Below are positions 50,269 through 61,864 of a DNA stretch of 64,000 bases, in pieces; the stretch's first letter is position 1; each line of letters starts with the position of its first letter. Where the stretch lies: contig BK006936.2 in the NCBI GenBank assembly GCA_000146045.2, positions 256,001-320,000 of the forward strand, given 5' to 3'. The notes beneath the pieces were generated by a model. It was not told where the DNA came from and searched no databases. It was given only the letters and a program-made list of their open reading frames with translations. This DNA comes from TPA_inf: Saccharomyces (taxonomy: Eukaryota). The position numbers and the translations under genes were made by a program.

Positions 50269-50955
50269 TCATGGGGCTAGTCTAACGACTTTCCATGGAT
50301 CGTTTTCTGTTTTTCTTCTGTAAACGAATCTATCATGCAATCTCGAGGGTCTACCTTGCCAGAACTCAATTTCCAGTGGAACGATTCTCAAGCCACCCCA
50401 ATAATCTGGACATGGGATGTCTTCAGCATCCTTGAAACGTTCGGTGTTTTTTTGGGTCAACTCGTCTAGTTCTTCTCTGTTCTTGATAACATCCGATTGG
50501 CGGGAAGCCCATGCACCGATCTTGGATCCACGAGGTCTCGTCTTAAAGTATCTTTCAGAAGTTTCTCTGTTAACATGCTCTGTGATACCTTCAACTCTCA
50601 CCTGCCTTTGCAGATCCTTCCAAAAGAATACGATTGCCGCATTCGGGTTGGTAGCAATATCATGAGCCTTTCTAGAGGTTCCCCAGTTAGAATAAATAGT
50701 AAAACCTCTATGGTCGAGCTCCTTAAAAAGAAGAATCCTGGACGACACCCTCCCACTAGGTAGTTCCGCGGATGAAAAAGTAATTGCTTCTGGCAACGTT
50801 TCCCTTGGGTCTTCCTTGGCTTCGTTGAACCATTTGGTGAAAAGATCGATTGGGTCGTCAGTAAGTTGTTTTTCATTCAAAGTAAATTTATCATATTGAT
50901 ACGTCTCAGGAGCAAATATGATTGGCTTTTGGGTCTCCTCAGCTTGTTTAGTCAT
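50269..50955 (-). CDS. PDX3: Pyridoxamine 5'-phosphate oxidase (228 aa)
   Basis: It has an FMN-binding PNPOx fold and a C-terminal motif (RLHDRFVYRR). It matches remembered Pdx3. Confidence 0.88.
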   Translation of the reverse strand: MTKQAEETQKPIIFAPETYQYDKFTLNEKQLTDDPIDLFTKWFNEAKEDPRETLPEAITFSSAELPSGRVSSRILLFKELDHRGFTIYSNWGTSRKAHDIATNPNAAIVFFWKDLQRQVRVEGITEHVNRETSERYFKTRPRGSKIGAWASRQSDVIKNREELDELTQKNTERFKDAEDIPCPDYWGGLRIVPLEIEFWQGRPSRLHDRFVYRRKTENDPWKVVRLAP

Positions 50956-51184
50956 TTTCAGTGCAGATCCGTGAAGTGTACTACTGGTCTAGGTAGAGTA
51001 TCTTTAAAATATCTAATCATGCAAATTAGTCATTTCTTCTTTCTTATAAGTTGCGGCCCCTTCTAGTATTTACAATTTACCCGGCGCTGGTTCTGGTGGC
51101 ATCTATAAGAGCTCTATCTGGCTGCTAAGCAGACTTGCTGTTACTTGTATGTGCTGTTTATCAAGATTGGGGCATTACGCATGT

Positions 51185-51345
51185 GTATGTGTGAACTACA
51201 GTAGTGTTATGAAATACAGCCTGAAAGACGAAAACTTCACAACGGAACTTAAGCGGTTCAATAAACATCTATCTGCCAGCTTAGAGAGACTACCCGTGGT
51301 AGAGAAAGACACGGGCAGCCAAAAATACTGGGTGTTGTATATTTA
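51185..51345 (+). ncRNA. Candidate small structured RNA, tentatively the H/ACA snoRNA snR161, in the PDX3-CSG2 gap. Boundaries are approximate and the call is unverified.
   Basis: This 2.1-kb stretch has no credible ORF and contains a perfect 6-bp stem hairpin cccgtg-gtagagaaaga-cacggg (51293..51315). I recall an snoRNA locus mapping between YBR035C and YBR036C. The H box and ACA box could not be confirmed by eye. Confidence 0.25.
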
Positions 51346-53080
51346 CTTGTGTTAGTTTATAAATAAATTTTATATCACTATATGTGTGGTGAAAAGGAAG
51401 AGCAATCCTGCTAAAGCTTTTATATCTAAACGCCAAAAAAATAAAAAAAAAAGGAAATGGGAGAAAAGTTTTCAGCGCGCGAACTCGCGAAAAAACTTCC
51501 TCTTTAGCAATGGTGACATATAGATCTCAAGGTTCTCAATTAAAAGACCTTCTTTGTAGCTTTTAGTGTGATTTTTCTGGTTTGAGAATAAAACTAGAGA
51601 GGAAGATAGGTACCCTATGAAAATGTCAATGGCTGTTGCGTTTGCTTAATCGTATTTTTTTTTTTTTCAGTCCGTGTTTTTTGTACATTCTACGTTTGAG
51701 TTTTCCATCATGCAGGCCTCAGAAATTTGGTAGGCACTCGATGGTGAAGAGATAGTGTCGGATTTCGGATTGATCTTTCAGTTGATAGCCTGCTGCTCTT
51801 TTCTTTTCCAAAGAATTTCGAGTATGCTGGTGTCAGTGTAGATGCTTGTGTGTGCGCAATTTGTGGTTTTTTATTGTGTTTCTACTTATAGATGGCTAAA
51901 ATCTGAGTTTAGAAAATGCAAACCGTAAATTCTTAAACACTGCTATTGCATTTAGTTGCTAAAGCAGTGTTTTTGAACTTATTCCTGTTATTCCTTCTTC
52001 GTACCGATCCTCTTCTCGACCTAACCTTTTAATTACCATGGGAAGCCTACCATCACCACACCCACACACAAATGTTACAGCTAATTGTTTATTAGCAAAG
52101 TTTGCACGAGTTCGCTGTTTATTTTTTTCTCGTTTTCTTATACCTAGTATTTTTTCTGACACTGTTTAAGGTGACAGAAAAAAAGGAGTTTAAGTTAGAT
52201 TTGCAAACAGACGGTGCTAAGCGCTGTCACTTTATGTCTATCTTATCGTTAACTCTGGAAAAAGAAAAAGGAAAAAGAACGTCAGGGAACATGAGTATAT
52301 ATAGAAATGGTTTATTCTAGTTTTTTCCGTTTTTTCAGTAGATTTTTGCCTTTAAAAGAATAAATCCCACTACAAAAAGGTAAAATAAAAAATCTATTCA
52401 CTGAACTTACTGATGAAATTTCCAAATGTGCCCCGTACATCGAACGATGTGACAGAGAAAAATACGAGTAGGTAAATAAGCCAAAAGGCAAGGGTGTCCT
52501 TTCTTAAGCATCGGTTAGGTTTGCGGGCGATCAGTAACTGAACAATGACACAAGATCAAGAACGTAATTTGAGATTTTTCAAGATGGTTTTTTTAGGTAT
52601 CTATTAAAACTACTTTGATGATCAATACGGTATTTTTGTCGCATTATTTTCCAAGCGGAAGGAACCGTGTGTTCATTTTATGAATCTTGGTGTTGTATTC
52701 ACAGCTACTTCTCCTAATGCCTTCGATGCATTTAGATAATTTTTGGAAACATTTTTTTTCTTGATGTATATTTTTTGTATTGTAGAAATCGCGCGTACTG
52801 TACTTGTATATCGCTTTATAAGCGCTTTTAATTGATTGTTCATGACGAGGATAGGCGGATAGGCGGAGGTATGCCTCTTAATATTTATAATAAAGCCCAC
52901 CAAATGGCTTCTTCTTTTTAGAATATACAATATACAAATAAAAATAAAAAAATAGAAGAACATCCTAGTAATTGTCTTGAAAATAATCAAGATATTGATT
53001 GGGATTTTTTATTTAGGGAAACCAAATAATTGCATATGCTTGTTACATCATCATCAGTCATATAAAGTATGTTGTCCGTA

Positions 53081-54313
53081 CTAATGGTGGTATTTACCTT
53101 CCCCGAGTGTTACTGATAGGACCAACAAACTTACCGTTAGCATTATGTATCCTATGACTTCCCATCTCACAATTGTGGTTTGCGTAGGTTCGCAAACCCA
53201 CTCAGCTAACCCCATAAAGATAATAGCTCCCAGGTTGCACGTCGTCAAATACTCAGCAGGGGCCTTGCGATTCAACTCTAATATCGAAATCAAGCTCGGC
53301 AAGGAACCAAAGATAATCGAGCCTAGTAGAGAGAACCAAAAGCTCTTGTCATTATAGAACAACGAAATGGATTCCACAGACTCACGGGAGGGAAATTTAG
53401 GAATAAATGGCAAAAGTATTACCATGCCAATAATACCGATTAGGGCCATGTGGGTGCTCTGCTTAACCAAGACTACAGCAGAATTTTCGTTCTTGGAAAT
53501 GTTACTGCAAAACCAACGGTTCCATAACACGGCAAAAGGACCCATAATCAAAGCACCAAGGCCGCAAATCAGAGCACCTTTCAACCTATCAAACAAGAAT
53601 GGGTCAGAAAGTTCACCCGTGTTAGGGTTGACGGACAGCTTTCCGGCAAGCATGTCACAGGTAGCCTTCGTGTATGAGATGATCAAAATTCCAATGACCG
53701 CGTTCATCATGATGAGGAAATTACGGAAAACGTAGTTCTTCCTGGAGATTCCACAAACACCATATAGTAAAGTGACAATTTCGAAAATGGCAGTATTTTG
53801 CATCAAAGCAACATCAAATGCCGGTGACAATGACAAAGCCATGTTATAAGTCAAATCAGCGACAATCATTATGAGAGCCAGCACTGTTAGCTTAGCCACA
53901 TATTTGAAGGTAGCCACGGATATGATTTTTTGCTTCTGCTGTTGGGCTGGAATCCGTGGTTGAGGATCATCCAACACGTGCGAGAACGTATCGACATCTT
54001 CGTTTGTCACAGACCCGCTGTTGTTGTTGTCAAACTGAGAATTCCTGTTCGAGTCTGAGTCAGAGACAAACATCGGTCTCATCTTCTCCCAAAGTCGAGA
54101 TGCAGGCACCAAGAGCAGCCACGAAGCAAAATACATAAAGGTCAGATAGAAGGTTAATGAACTTGAGTTTCCGTTGTCGCCGTTAGTTTCAGGCGTTGCA
54201 ATTGTACCATTGGGCCCCACGGAGATTTCCTTTTTAGATTGTATGTTAGACAAACATTTTGTTTGAATCACGTAGCCTATTACACTTGAAAACCAAAGTA
54301 GTGTGGTAGACAT
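53081..54313 (-). CDS. CSG2: ER membrane protein required for mannosylation of inositolphosphorylceramide (410 aa)
   Basis: It is a multi-TM protein with an EF-hand-like acidic stretch (DSDSNRNSQFDNNNSGSVTNEDVD). It matches remembered Csg2. Confidence 0.85.
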   Translation of the reverse strand: MSTTLLWFSSVIGYVIQTKCLSNIQSKKEISVGPNGTIATPETNGDNGNSSSLTFYLTFMYFASWLLLVPASRLWEKMRPMFVSDSDSNRNSQFDNNNSGSVTNEDVDTFSHVLDDPQPRIPAQQQKQKIISVATFKYVAKLTVLALIMIVADLTYNMALSLSPAFDVALMQNTAIFEIVTLLYGVCGISRKNYVFRNFLIMMNAVIGILIISYTKATCDMLAGKLSVNPNTGELSDPFLFDRLKGALICGLGALIMGPFAVLWNRWFCSNISKNENSAVVLVKQSTHMALIGIIGMVILLPFIPKFPSRESVESISLFYNDKSFWFSLLGSIIFGSLPSLISILELNRKAPAEYLTTCNLGAIIFMGLAEWVCEPTQTTIVRWEVIGYIMLTVSLLVLSVTLGEGKYHH

Positions 54314-54564
54314 GACGCTGTATCTTTGTTTGTTATCGTGCTAACTCACCAGCTCAAGAGCGGATCTGTTCTGGAAGAAAATGGCCTACAAACATTTCTT
54401 TCACTTGATCTTCCCACGTTCACATAGCCTCCTTTAGAGTGAGAGAGCTTTTTTTTTTCTTGCGATACACCTTCGCCGGGTGATAGCCGATATTACAAGA
54501 ACGGGTTATAGCGTTATAAGTATATATGTATATACAAGGAAGAAAGTAGCATATATTTACAATC

Positions 54565-55452
54565 TTATTTGAATAAGAAGGAGTACCATGCCTCCTTCTG
54601 CTTGGCGCGCTGCTCTGCAGGCACATAACTCTTAACGTGTTCCACGATCTTGTCCACGCCCGTTTTTTCATCATAATTTCTACCCAAAGCATCAACAAAC
54701 TGTCCTTCAGGGTCCATGAGATAAAAGAAGATGGAATGGTCTACCAAATAATCTTGGCCCGGTTTGACGTTTGGAGGCGTAGAAAAGTATACTCTGTACT
54801 TCTTGCATGCGTTCTTCACCTCATCGAACGTCCCCGTCAAACCCAGGATGGAGGGATGAAAGTCGCTCAAATACTCTTTCAATACAGCAGGGGAGTCTCT
54901 TGCTGGATCACAAGTTATAAATAATGGCTGCAGAGTAATACCATACTTTGAAGAGAGTGTATTAAGCCATAGACCTAGCTTATCCAGTTCATCAGGACAG
55001 ATGTCAGGACAGTTACTAAACCCAAAGTATATTATAGAAAACTTACCGAGAAGGTTTTTCTCCGTAAACTCATTGCCATACATATCCTCCAGATGGAAGG
55101 GTCCCCCAAGTGAAGGTTTACCGTATCCTCTGTTTGCTTCAGCCTCCTTCTGTGTTTCCAATCTGCGTTTCTCCCTGTTGAAGAAATAAGAAAGTGCCCC
55201 ACCGACTGCTAGGAATAGAGCAATGGCCTTTCCCGTGGAAAACTCGATCGAGCCTTCTCGCACTTTGCCGTTATCCTTAATGGGAGTACCGCCCACAGGT
55301 ACTCTGCTTAATGGTTTCTTGCCATTTGACTGCCATAAGCGCGTTACAGTAAAGAATCCCCTTTGAGTGAGCAATTTAGCGCCATTGCCACTTAATCTTG
55401 CGGCTGGCAATTGGACCAATCTTAGATTGGCACTTCTTGACAACTTCAGCAT
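54565..55452 (-). CDS. SCO1: Mitochondrial copper chaperone for cytochrome c oxidase, SCO family (295 aa)
   Basis: It has the CPDIC motif (FGFSNCPDICPDEL) and is strongly similar to SCO2 in the same window. The start is placed at MLKLSRSANLR, internal to track ORF 55536. Confidence 0.88.
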   Translation of the reverse strand: MLKLSRSANLRLVQLPAARLSGNGAKLLTQRGFFTVTRLWQSNGKKPLSRVPVGGTPIKDNGKVREGSIEFSTGKAIALFLAVGGALSYFFNREKRRLETQKEAEANRGYGKPSLGGPFHLEDMYGNEFTEKNLLGKFSIIYFGFSNCPDICPDELDKLGLWLNTLSSKYGITLQPLFITCDPARDSPAVLKEYLSDFHPSILGLTGTFDEVKNACKKYRVYFSTPPNVKPGQDYLVDHSIFFYLMDPEGQFVDALGRNYDEKTGVDKIVEHVKSYVPAEQRAKQKEAWYSFLFK

Positions 55453-55897
55453 CTTTTCTACGTTTGCTGTTTTTTCTGTTTCCCTTGCCTTATACGAACA
55501 TACGTTTCTAATGCCGATTATAAACACAATAGACACAATTATACTATTTTCTCACTTTTCTCTTCGGGAGATCGCTATTGATTATTATTCCCGTTTATTT
55601 CCTTCAATTTAGGGTCTGAAAAGAAGATAGTAGGGTTAGTTTTTTGGGGTTTAAAACCCTAGTATAAACCCCTATACTATTTGTTTATATATTTCCTATT
55701 TGAGTATGATAGCATCGATATTGAAATTTACAGAACTTCAATTTAGTTTCAATTGGGAATTCGAGGACTCTCCCTTGGGATGGCCCCAGTCTATTTAACT
55801 ATCTTCCATAATATTACTGTTGATTTCGTGACTCAGAAGAGAAAACAGAGGAAGTTACATATAGACCCAAATAAAAACCAAAGAACCACATATAGAA

Positions 55898-58789
55898 ATG
55901 ACGAGAAACCCGTTTATGGTGGAACCTTCGAATGGCTCTCCTAATAGACGTGGTGCTTCAAACCTCTCCAAATTTTACGCAAACGCTAACAGCAACTCTC
56001 GGTGGGCTAATCCCAGTGAGGAGAGTTTGGAGGATAGCTATGACCAATCTAACGTTTTCCAAGGCCTTCCGGCATCTCCTTCGAGAGCTGCACTAAGATA
56101 CTCCCCAGACCGTCGCCATAGAACTCAATTTTACCGCGATAGTGCCCATAACTCTCCAGTTGCTCCGAACAGGTATGCTGCTAATCTACAAGAGTCTCCC
56201 AAAAGAGCAGGCGAGGCTGTCATACATCTAAGTGAGGGGAGTAACCTTTACCCCCGCGATAATGCAGATCTACCGGTAGACCCCTACCATCTATCACCCC
56301 AGCAACAGCCCAGTAACAATCTGTTTGGAAGTGGCAGATTGTATTCTCAAAGCTCGAAATACACGATGTCTACTACTTCCACAACGGCTCCCTCTCTGGC
56401 AGAAGCAGACGATGAAAAGGAAAAATACCTCACTTCGACTACTTCCTATGATGATCAGTCTACAATTTTCTCTGCAGACACTTTCAATGAAACAAAATTT
56501 GAACTGAACCATCCAACAAGACAGCAGTATGTAAGACGTGCCAATTCTGAGAGTAAGAGAAGAATGGTCTCAGACTTGCCTCCCCCAAGCAAGAAGAAGG
56601 CACTATTGAAACTAGACAACCCGATACCAAAAGGTCTGTTGGATACTTTGCCTCGTAGGAACTCCCCTGAGTTTACGGAAATGAGATATACAGCCTGCAC
56701 TGTGGAACCTGACGATTTTTTGAGAGAAGGTTACACTTTGAGATTCGCAGAGATGAACAGAGAATGTCAAATTGCCATTTGTATTACCATGTACAATGAA
56801 GATAAATATTCATTGGCAAGAACCATCCACTCCATTATGAAGAATGTTGCTCATCTTTGTAAGCGTGAAAAATCTCATGTTTGGGGCCCCAATGGCTGGA
56901 AGAAAGTCTCTGTAATTCTGATTAGTGACGGTAGAGCAAAAGTCAACCAAGGGTCTCTCGACTATTTAGCTGCTTTGGGTGTTTATCAAGAAGATATGGC
57001 CAAGGCGTCTGTGAATGGTGATCCGGTAAAAGCGCACATTTTTGAATTGACAACTCAGGTCTCTATCAACGCCGATCTGGATTATGTTTCAAAGGACATT
57101 GTTCCTGTGCAATTGGTTTTTTGTCTAAAAGAAGAAAATAAGAAAAAGATCAATTCCCATCGTTGGCTATTCAACGCGTTTTGTCCCGTTTTGCAACCTA
57201 CTGTAGTTACTTTGGTTGATGTCGGTACACGTTTAAACAATACAGCAATTTACAGGTTATGGAAGGTTTTTGATATGGATTCAAATGTGGCTGGTGCGGC
57301 TGGTCAGATTAAGACTATGAAGGGGAAGTGGGGACTGAAACTTTTCAATCCATTAGTTGCATCGCAAAATTTTGAATATAAGATCTCGAATATTTTAGAT
57401 AAACCATTAGAAAGTGTTTTTGGTTATATCTCTGTTCTTCCTGGTGCCCTGTCCGCATATAGGTATAGAGCCTTAAAAAATCATGAAGATGGCACTGGCC
57501 CTCTCAGATCGTATTTCCTTGGTGAAACTCAAGAAGGCAGAGACCATGATGTTTTCACTGCAAATATGTACTTGGCTGAAGATAGAATTCTTTGTTGGGA
57601 ATTGGTCGCCAAGCGAGATGCAAAATGGGTTCTAAAATATGTTAAGGAAGCCACTGGTGAAACGGATGTTCCCGAAGACGTTTCTGAATTTATTTCTCAA
57701 AGAAGACGTTGGTTAAATGGTGCAATGTTTGCCGCAATTTATGCTCAATTGCATTTCTACCAAATTTGGAAAACTAAACATTCTGTTGTACGCAAGTTCT
57801 TTCTTCATGTTGAATTCCTTTATCAATTTATTCAGATGCTTTTTTCCTGGTTTTCTATTGCAAATTTCGTTCTTACCTTTTATTATTTAGCAGGATCAAT
57901 GAATTTAGTTATTAAACATGGTGAGGCCTTATTCATTTTTTTTAAATACCTGATCTTTTGTGACTTGGCAAGTTTATTCATTATTTCCATGGGTAATAGA
58001 CCCCAGGGCGCGAAACATTTATTCATTACCTCCATGGTTATACTGTCTATATGTGCCACATATTCTCTAATTTGTGGGTTTGTTTTTGCTTTCAAGTCGT
58101 TAGCTTCTGGAACGGAATCCCACAAAATATTTGTCGACATCGTTATCTCATTGCTCTCCACCTATGGCCTATACTTTTTCTCATCACTGATGTACCTAGA
58201 TCCTTGGCACATGTTTACATCATCCATACAATACTTTTTGACACTTCCCGCCTTTACGTGTACTTTACAGATTTTTGCCTTCTGTAATACACACGACGTT
58301 TCCTGGGGTACTAAAGGTTCCACACAGGAGTCCAAGCAATTGTCCAAGGCCATTGTCGTTCAAGGTCCAGATGGGAAACAGATTGTGGAAACAGATTGGC
58401 CTCAGGAAGTTGATAAGAAGTTTTTGGAAATAAAAAGTCGTTTGAAAGAACCAGAATTTGAAGAATCAAGCGGCAATGAAAAACAATCCAAGAATGATTA
58501 TTATAGAGATATAAGAACCAGAATTGTGATGATTTGGATGCTATCAAATCTAATACTGATCATGTCTATAATTCAAGTCTTTACACCACAAGATACTGAC
58601 AATGGTTATTTGATATTCATTTTATGGTCTGTGGCCGCTTTAGCTGCCTTTAGGGTGGTTGGTTCCATGGCCTTTTTGTTCATGAAATACTTGCGTATAA
58701 TAGTGAGTTACAGAAATAAAGTTGAAGGTAGCGGCTCATGGGAAGTCTCTAAATTAGACTTACCAAATGTTTTCCACAAAAAGGGCTAA
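55898..58789 (+). CDS. CHS2: Chitin synthase II (class II, 963 aa)
   Basis: It has a GT2 core with QRRRW ([11 protein letters not shown]), an N-terminal Ser/Pro-rich CDK-site region and C-terminal TM segments. Confidence 0.92.
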
Positions 58790-59574
58790 TGCCAGTATTT
58801 TTCAGCTAATTTCTCGTCATTCCCTCTTTTTTCTCATTCTGTTTTAGAATGTACAGGTTATGACAACCATTACCTTCTAGGATATTTTGACATTTCTCTC
58901 TTAGACTTTTTATATATAATATACATGTTTCAATACCAAATATAATGTAGCATAACATAATCTATCTTTTTACTCATAGACCTTTACTTTCCTCTCTAAA
59001 AGCCGTGTCGCAGTAACTGGTGACGCTAAAGTTCTCCGGCGTTTTTTTATGTATGAGCTGGGCATCAAGAGCTTTTGAGATTTTCCAAGTAGTAACTCAT
59101 CTTTCTGAGTGTGCTATCAAATACATACTAAGGAGAATAAACTCTTGTTATTACGTATTCTTCATCCTTATGGGTAGAGAGCGCACTGTTTTAGTACATT
59201 TTCTAGACGTCGAAACGTAGAGCAATTGTCGATAAAACAAAAAAAAAGTAAGAAGATATATGAATAGGAGCTGTCGCTAGAACTAGTAAGTATATGATGG
59301 AGATATAATAAGTGAATTATTCGATATTTAATGAACGTTCTCATTTATTTGGAAGAAATGTTTATCACGTGATGGAGAACCAATGAGCGGCGAGTAACTA
59401 CGCGAGGAACCCGGACCGCAATAACGATTAAAGAAGGCCCGGAAGGGAGATGCTTAAATGATTATCACTCAGTTAAAAAAGACAAATAAGAAACTATTGA
59501 GACTGAACCGTTTTGGTTAATTTCAGGTGGAAACAATTGAAGACGAGCAGTAAACATTATTTTATTTAGTAGTC

Positions 59575-60510
59575 ATGTTGTCAAGAATTGTATCAAACAA
59601 TGCAACACGCTCCGTAATGTGCCACCAAGCGCAAGTGGGTATTCTTTATAAGACTAACCCAGTGAGAACTTATGCTACTTTGAAAGAAGTGGAAATGCGT
59701 TTGAAATCTATCAAAAATATTGAGAAGATCACAAAAACTATGAAGATTGTTGCATCTACAAGATTGAGTAAAGCTGAAAAGGCTAAAATTTCCGCAAAGA
59801 AGATGGATGAAGCAGAGCAGTTGTTTTACAAGAACGCCGAAACCAAAAATTTGGATGTTGAGGCTACTGAAACAGGTGCTCCTAAAGAGTTGATTGTTGC
59901 TATCACCTCTGATAAGGGGTTGTGTGGTTCTATCCACTCTCAATTGGCTAAAGCTGTGAGAAGACATTTGAATGATCAACCAAACGCCGATATAGTCACT
60001 ATTGGTGATAAAATTAAAATGCAGCTATTGAGAACCCATCCTAACAACATTAAATTGTCTATTAATGGAATTGGTAAAGATGCCCCAACTTTCCAAGAAT
60101 CTGCTTTGATTGCCGATAAGTTATTGAGTGTCATGAAGGCCGGCACTTACCCAAAGATTTCCATTTTCTACAATGACCCAGTGTCTTCCCTATCTTTTGA
60201 ACCATCTGAAAAACCGATCTTTAACGCCAAGACCATTGAACAATCCCCATCATTCGGCAAATTTGAGATCGACACGGACGCAAACGTTCCAAGAGATTTG
60301 TTTGAATATACTTTGGCTAACCAAATGTTGACAGCAATGGCTCAAGGTTATGCTGCTGAAATTTCCGCCAGAAGAAACGCTATGGATAACGCTTCCAAGA
60401 ATGCCGGTGATATGATCAATCGTTACTCTATCTTGTACAACAGAACAAGACAAGCTGTCATTACTAATGAACTGGTTGATATTATTACTGGTGCTTCCTC
60501 TTTGGGATGA
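59575..60510 (+). CDS. ATP3: F1-ATP synthase gamma subunit, mitochondrial (311 aa)
   Basis: The gamma-subunit fold is conserved, with C-terminal ITNELVDIITGASSLG. It matches remembered Atp3. Confidence 0.92.
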   Translation: MLSRIVSNNATRSVMCHQAQVGILYKTNPVRTYATLKEVEMRLKSIKNIEKITKTMKIVASTRLSKAEKAKISAKKMDEAEQLFYKNAETKNLDVEATETGAPKELIVAITSDKGLCGSIHSQLAKAVRRHLNDQPNADIVTIGDKIKMQLLRTHPNNIKLSINGIGKDAPTFQESALIADKLLSVMKAGTYPKISIFYNDPVSSLSFEPSEKPIFNAKTIEQSPSFGKFEIDTDANVPRDLFEYTLANQMLTAMAQGYAAEISARRNAMDNASKNAGDMINRYSILYNRTRQAVITNELVDIITGASSLG

Positions 60511-60562
60511 TAAAAAAATCACCCTGCATTGCCTCTTTATTTGACGTTGTTTTTGTAGAACA

Positions 60563-60800
60563 TGAAACGAATTTTGACTTGATGAGACGAAGTATATATC
60601 CAAAGAATACCTTAAATAGAAAAGGAAAGATAATAAATACTAAACACTACTATATATTCAGGTAAAATACAAAAATTATAACATTTTTAAAACTTTTTTT
60701 TTTTGAAAGTCCTTCTCGCTTTAGGATTTTTTCCCATTAAGATTATGATGGTTTCATGTATGTGTCAGTTAAAAAAAATATGGCTAAGTAGCAATGAAAC
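60563..60800. promoter_or_regulatory. Three pheromone-response-element-like TGAAAC motifs upstream of FIG1
   Basis: catGAAACGaat (60563..60568, plus strand), gGTTTCAtg (60751..60756, minus strand) and aaTGAAACGaa (60795..60800, plus strand). Each is 6 of 7 to the Ste12 PRE consensus TGAAACA. FIG1 is pheromone-induced. Confidence 0.4.
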
Positions 60801-60928
60801 GAACCAAGAAAATGAAAACAATATATAGTGCTGTTGAAATAACAAAGACATTGGTATATATTTGTAAAATGTCTGTTAAATGTTTTTTATCTCAGGTTCT
60901 TGCTTGTCTTTGGTAGAAGAAATTATAG

Positions 60929-60967
60929 TAAACAAACAAACAAACAAACAAAAAAAAAAAAAAAAAA
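60929..60967 (+). repeat. (CAAA)6 microsatellite followed by an A17 homopolymer immediately 5' of the FIG1 ATG
   Basis: aaacaaacaaacaaacaaacaaaca plus aaaaaaaaaaaaaaaaa, running directly into the ATG at 60968. Confidence 0.9.
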
Positions 60968-61864
60968 ATGGTCGCAATCTCAATGATTTGGTTTTTTACC
61001 AAGCGTATGCCCAGAATATTTGCATTAGCTTTTAATTTAATTTCAATATTTCTTTTGATTTTTCTTCTCATCGGCTGTTACAACCCGTCAAATCAGTCAA
61101 CATTTCTAGTGAAGTATAAATTTGATGACAACTCACCTTTTTATACGATCATAGAGAAATCATATGAAAAATCAAATACAACTCTGGGCTTGGAGGAAGT
61201 CATTATAAGATCCGGTTACATGGGTGTTTGTATTGATAACATTCCCTCCCAATATAGCTCTTACAATAATATGACTACATTCTCCAATTCAATTTGCTAT
61301 GCAAGAAAGAATTTAAGCTCGGTTCCCTTATACAGAGACTTGGAAATTCAACTCTCAAATATTGCATCTTCCAGCTCCAAAACCCAATCAAGCGTTGTCT
61401 TGAACATTTTGAAGTTAGCCCAATTAACTTCGGTTAATGTTATACATCCATATGTCTTGATGGCAACTGTAATCCTAACAATCCTAATGTTTCTATTTAT
61501 TCTGTATGTAACTGTCCCTAAGTTACCATTCAAACTAGCGGTTAATAAATTTCTACTGTTGCTAAGTTCAACTATAGTTTTGACATGGGGTATTGGTGCG
61601 ATGTGGACTCATGTAGGGATAAATGCAAGTTACAGATTGGTTCCATCATCAAGTATGAATATAATCACTGTCAAGAAGGGCAAGAAGGCAGCAGTAATGG
61701 CTTGGTTTAGCTTTGCATTCCTCCTTTTAGACAGTGTGGTTTTATGGTTAATATTTTTAAGGGATAGGAAAAGCTTGAAAGATGAAATTGATAATGTTCC
61801 ATGTGCCCAAAATAGGTACAATAACTACTCTTCGGATTCATCTACATTGCATTCCAAAGTTTAG
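60968..61864 (+). CDS. FIG1: Four-TM mating-specific membrane protein involved in low-affinity Ca2+ influx (298 aa)
   Basis: It is a claudin/PMP22-like four-TM protein with many N-glycosylation sites. It matches remembered YBR040W. Confidence 0.8.
   Translation: MVAISMIWFFTKRMPRIFALAFNLISIFLLIFLLIGCYNPSNQSTFLVKYKFDDNSPFYTIIEKSYEKSNTTLGLEEVIIRSGYMGVCIDNIPSQYSSYNNMTTFSNSICYARKNLSSVPLYRDLEIQLSNIASSSSKTQSSVVLNILKLAQLTSVNVIHPYVLMATVILTILMFLFILYVTVPKLPFKLAVNKFLLLLSSTIVLTWGIGAMWTHVGINASYRLVPSSSMNIITVKKGKKAAVMAWFSFAFLLLDSVVLWLIFLRDRKSLKDEIDNVPCAQNRYNNYSSDSSTLHSKV

Noticed and set aside
52673-52990. 105-aa minus-strand ORF and other 60-72-aa ORFs in the PDX3-CSG2 gap
   Set aside because: They are AT-rich and low-complexity (Ile/Lys/Phe runs) without domains. 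The gap is better explained by UTRs or a possible ncRNA.
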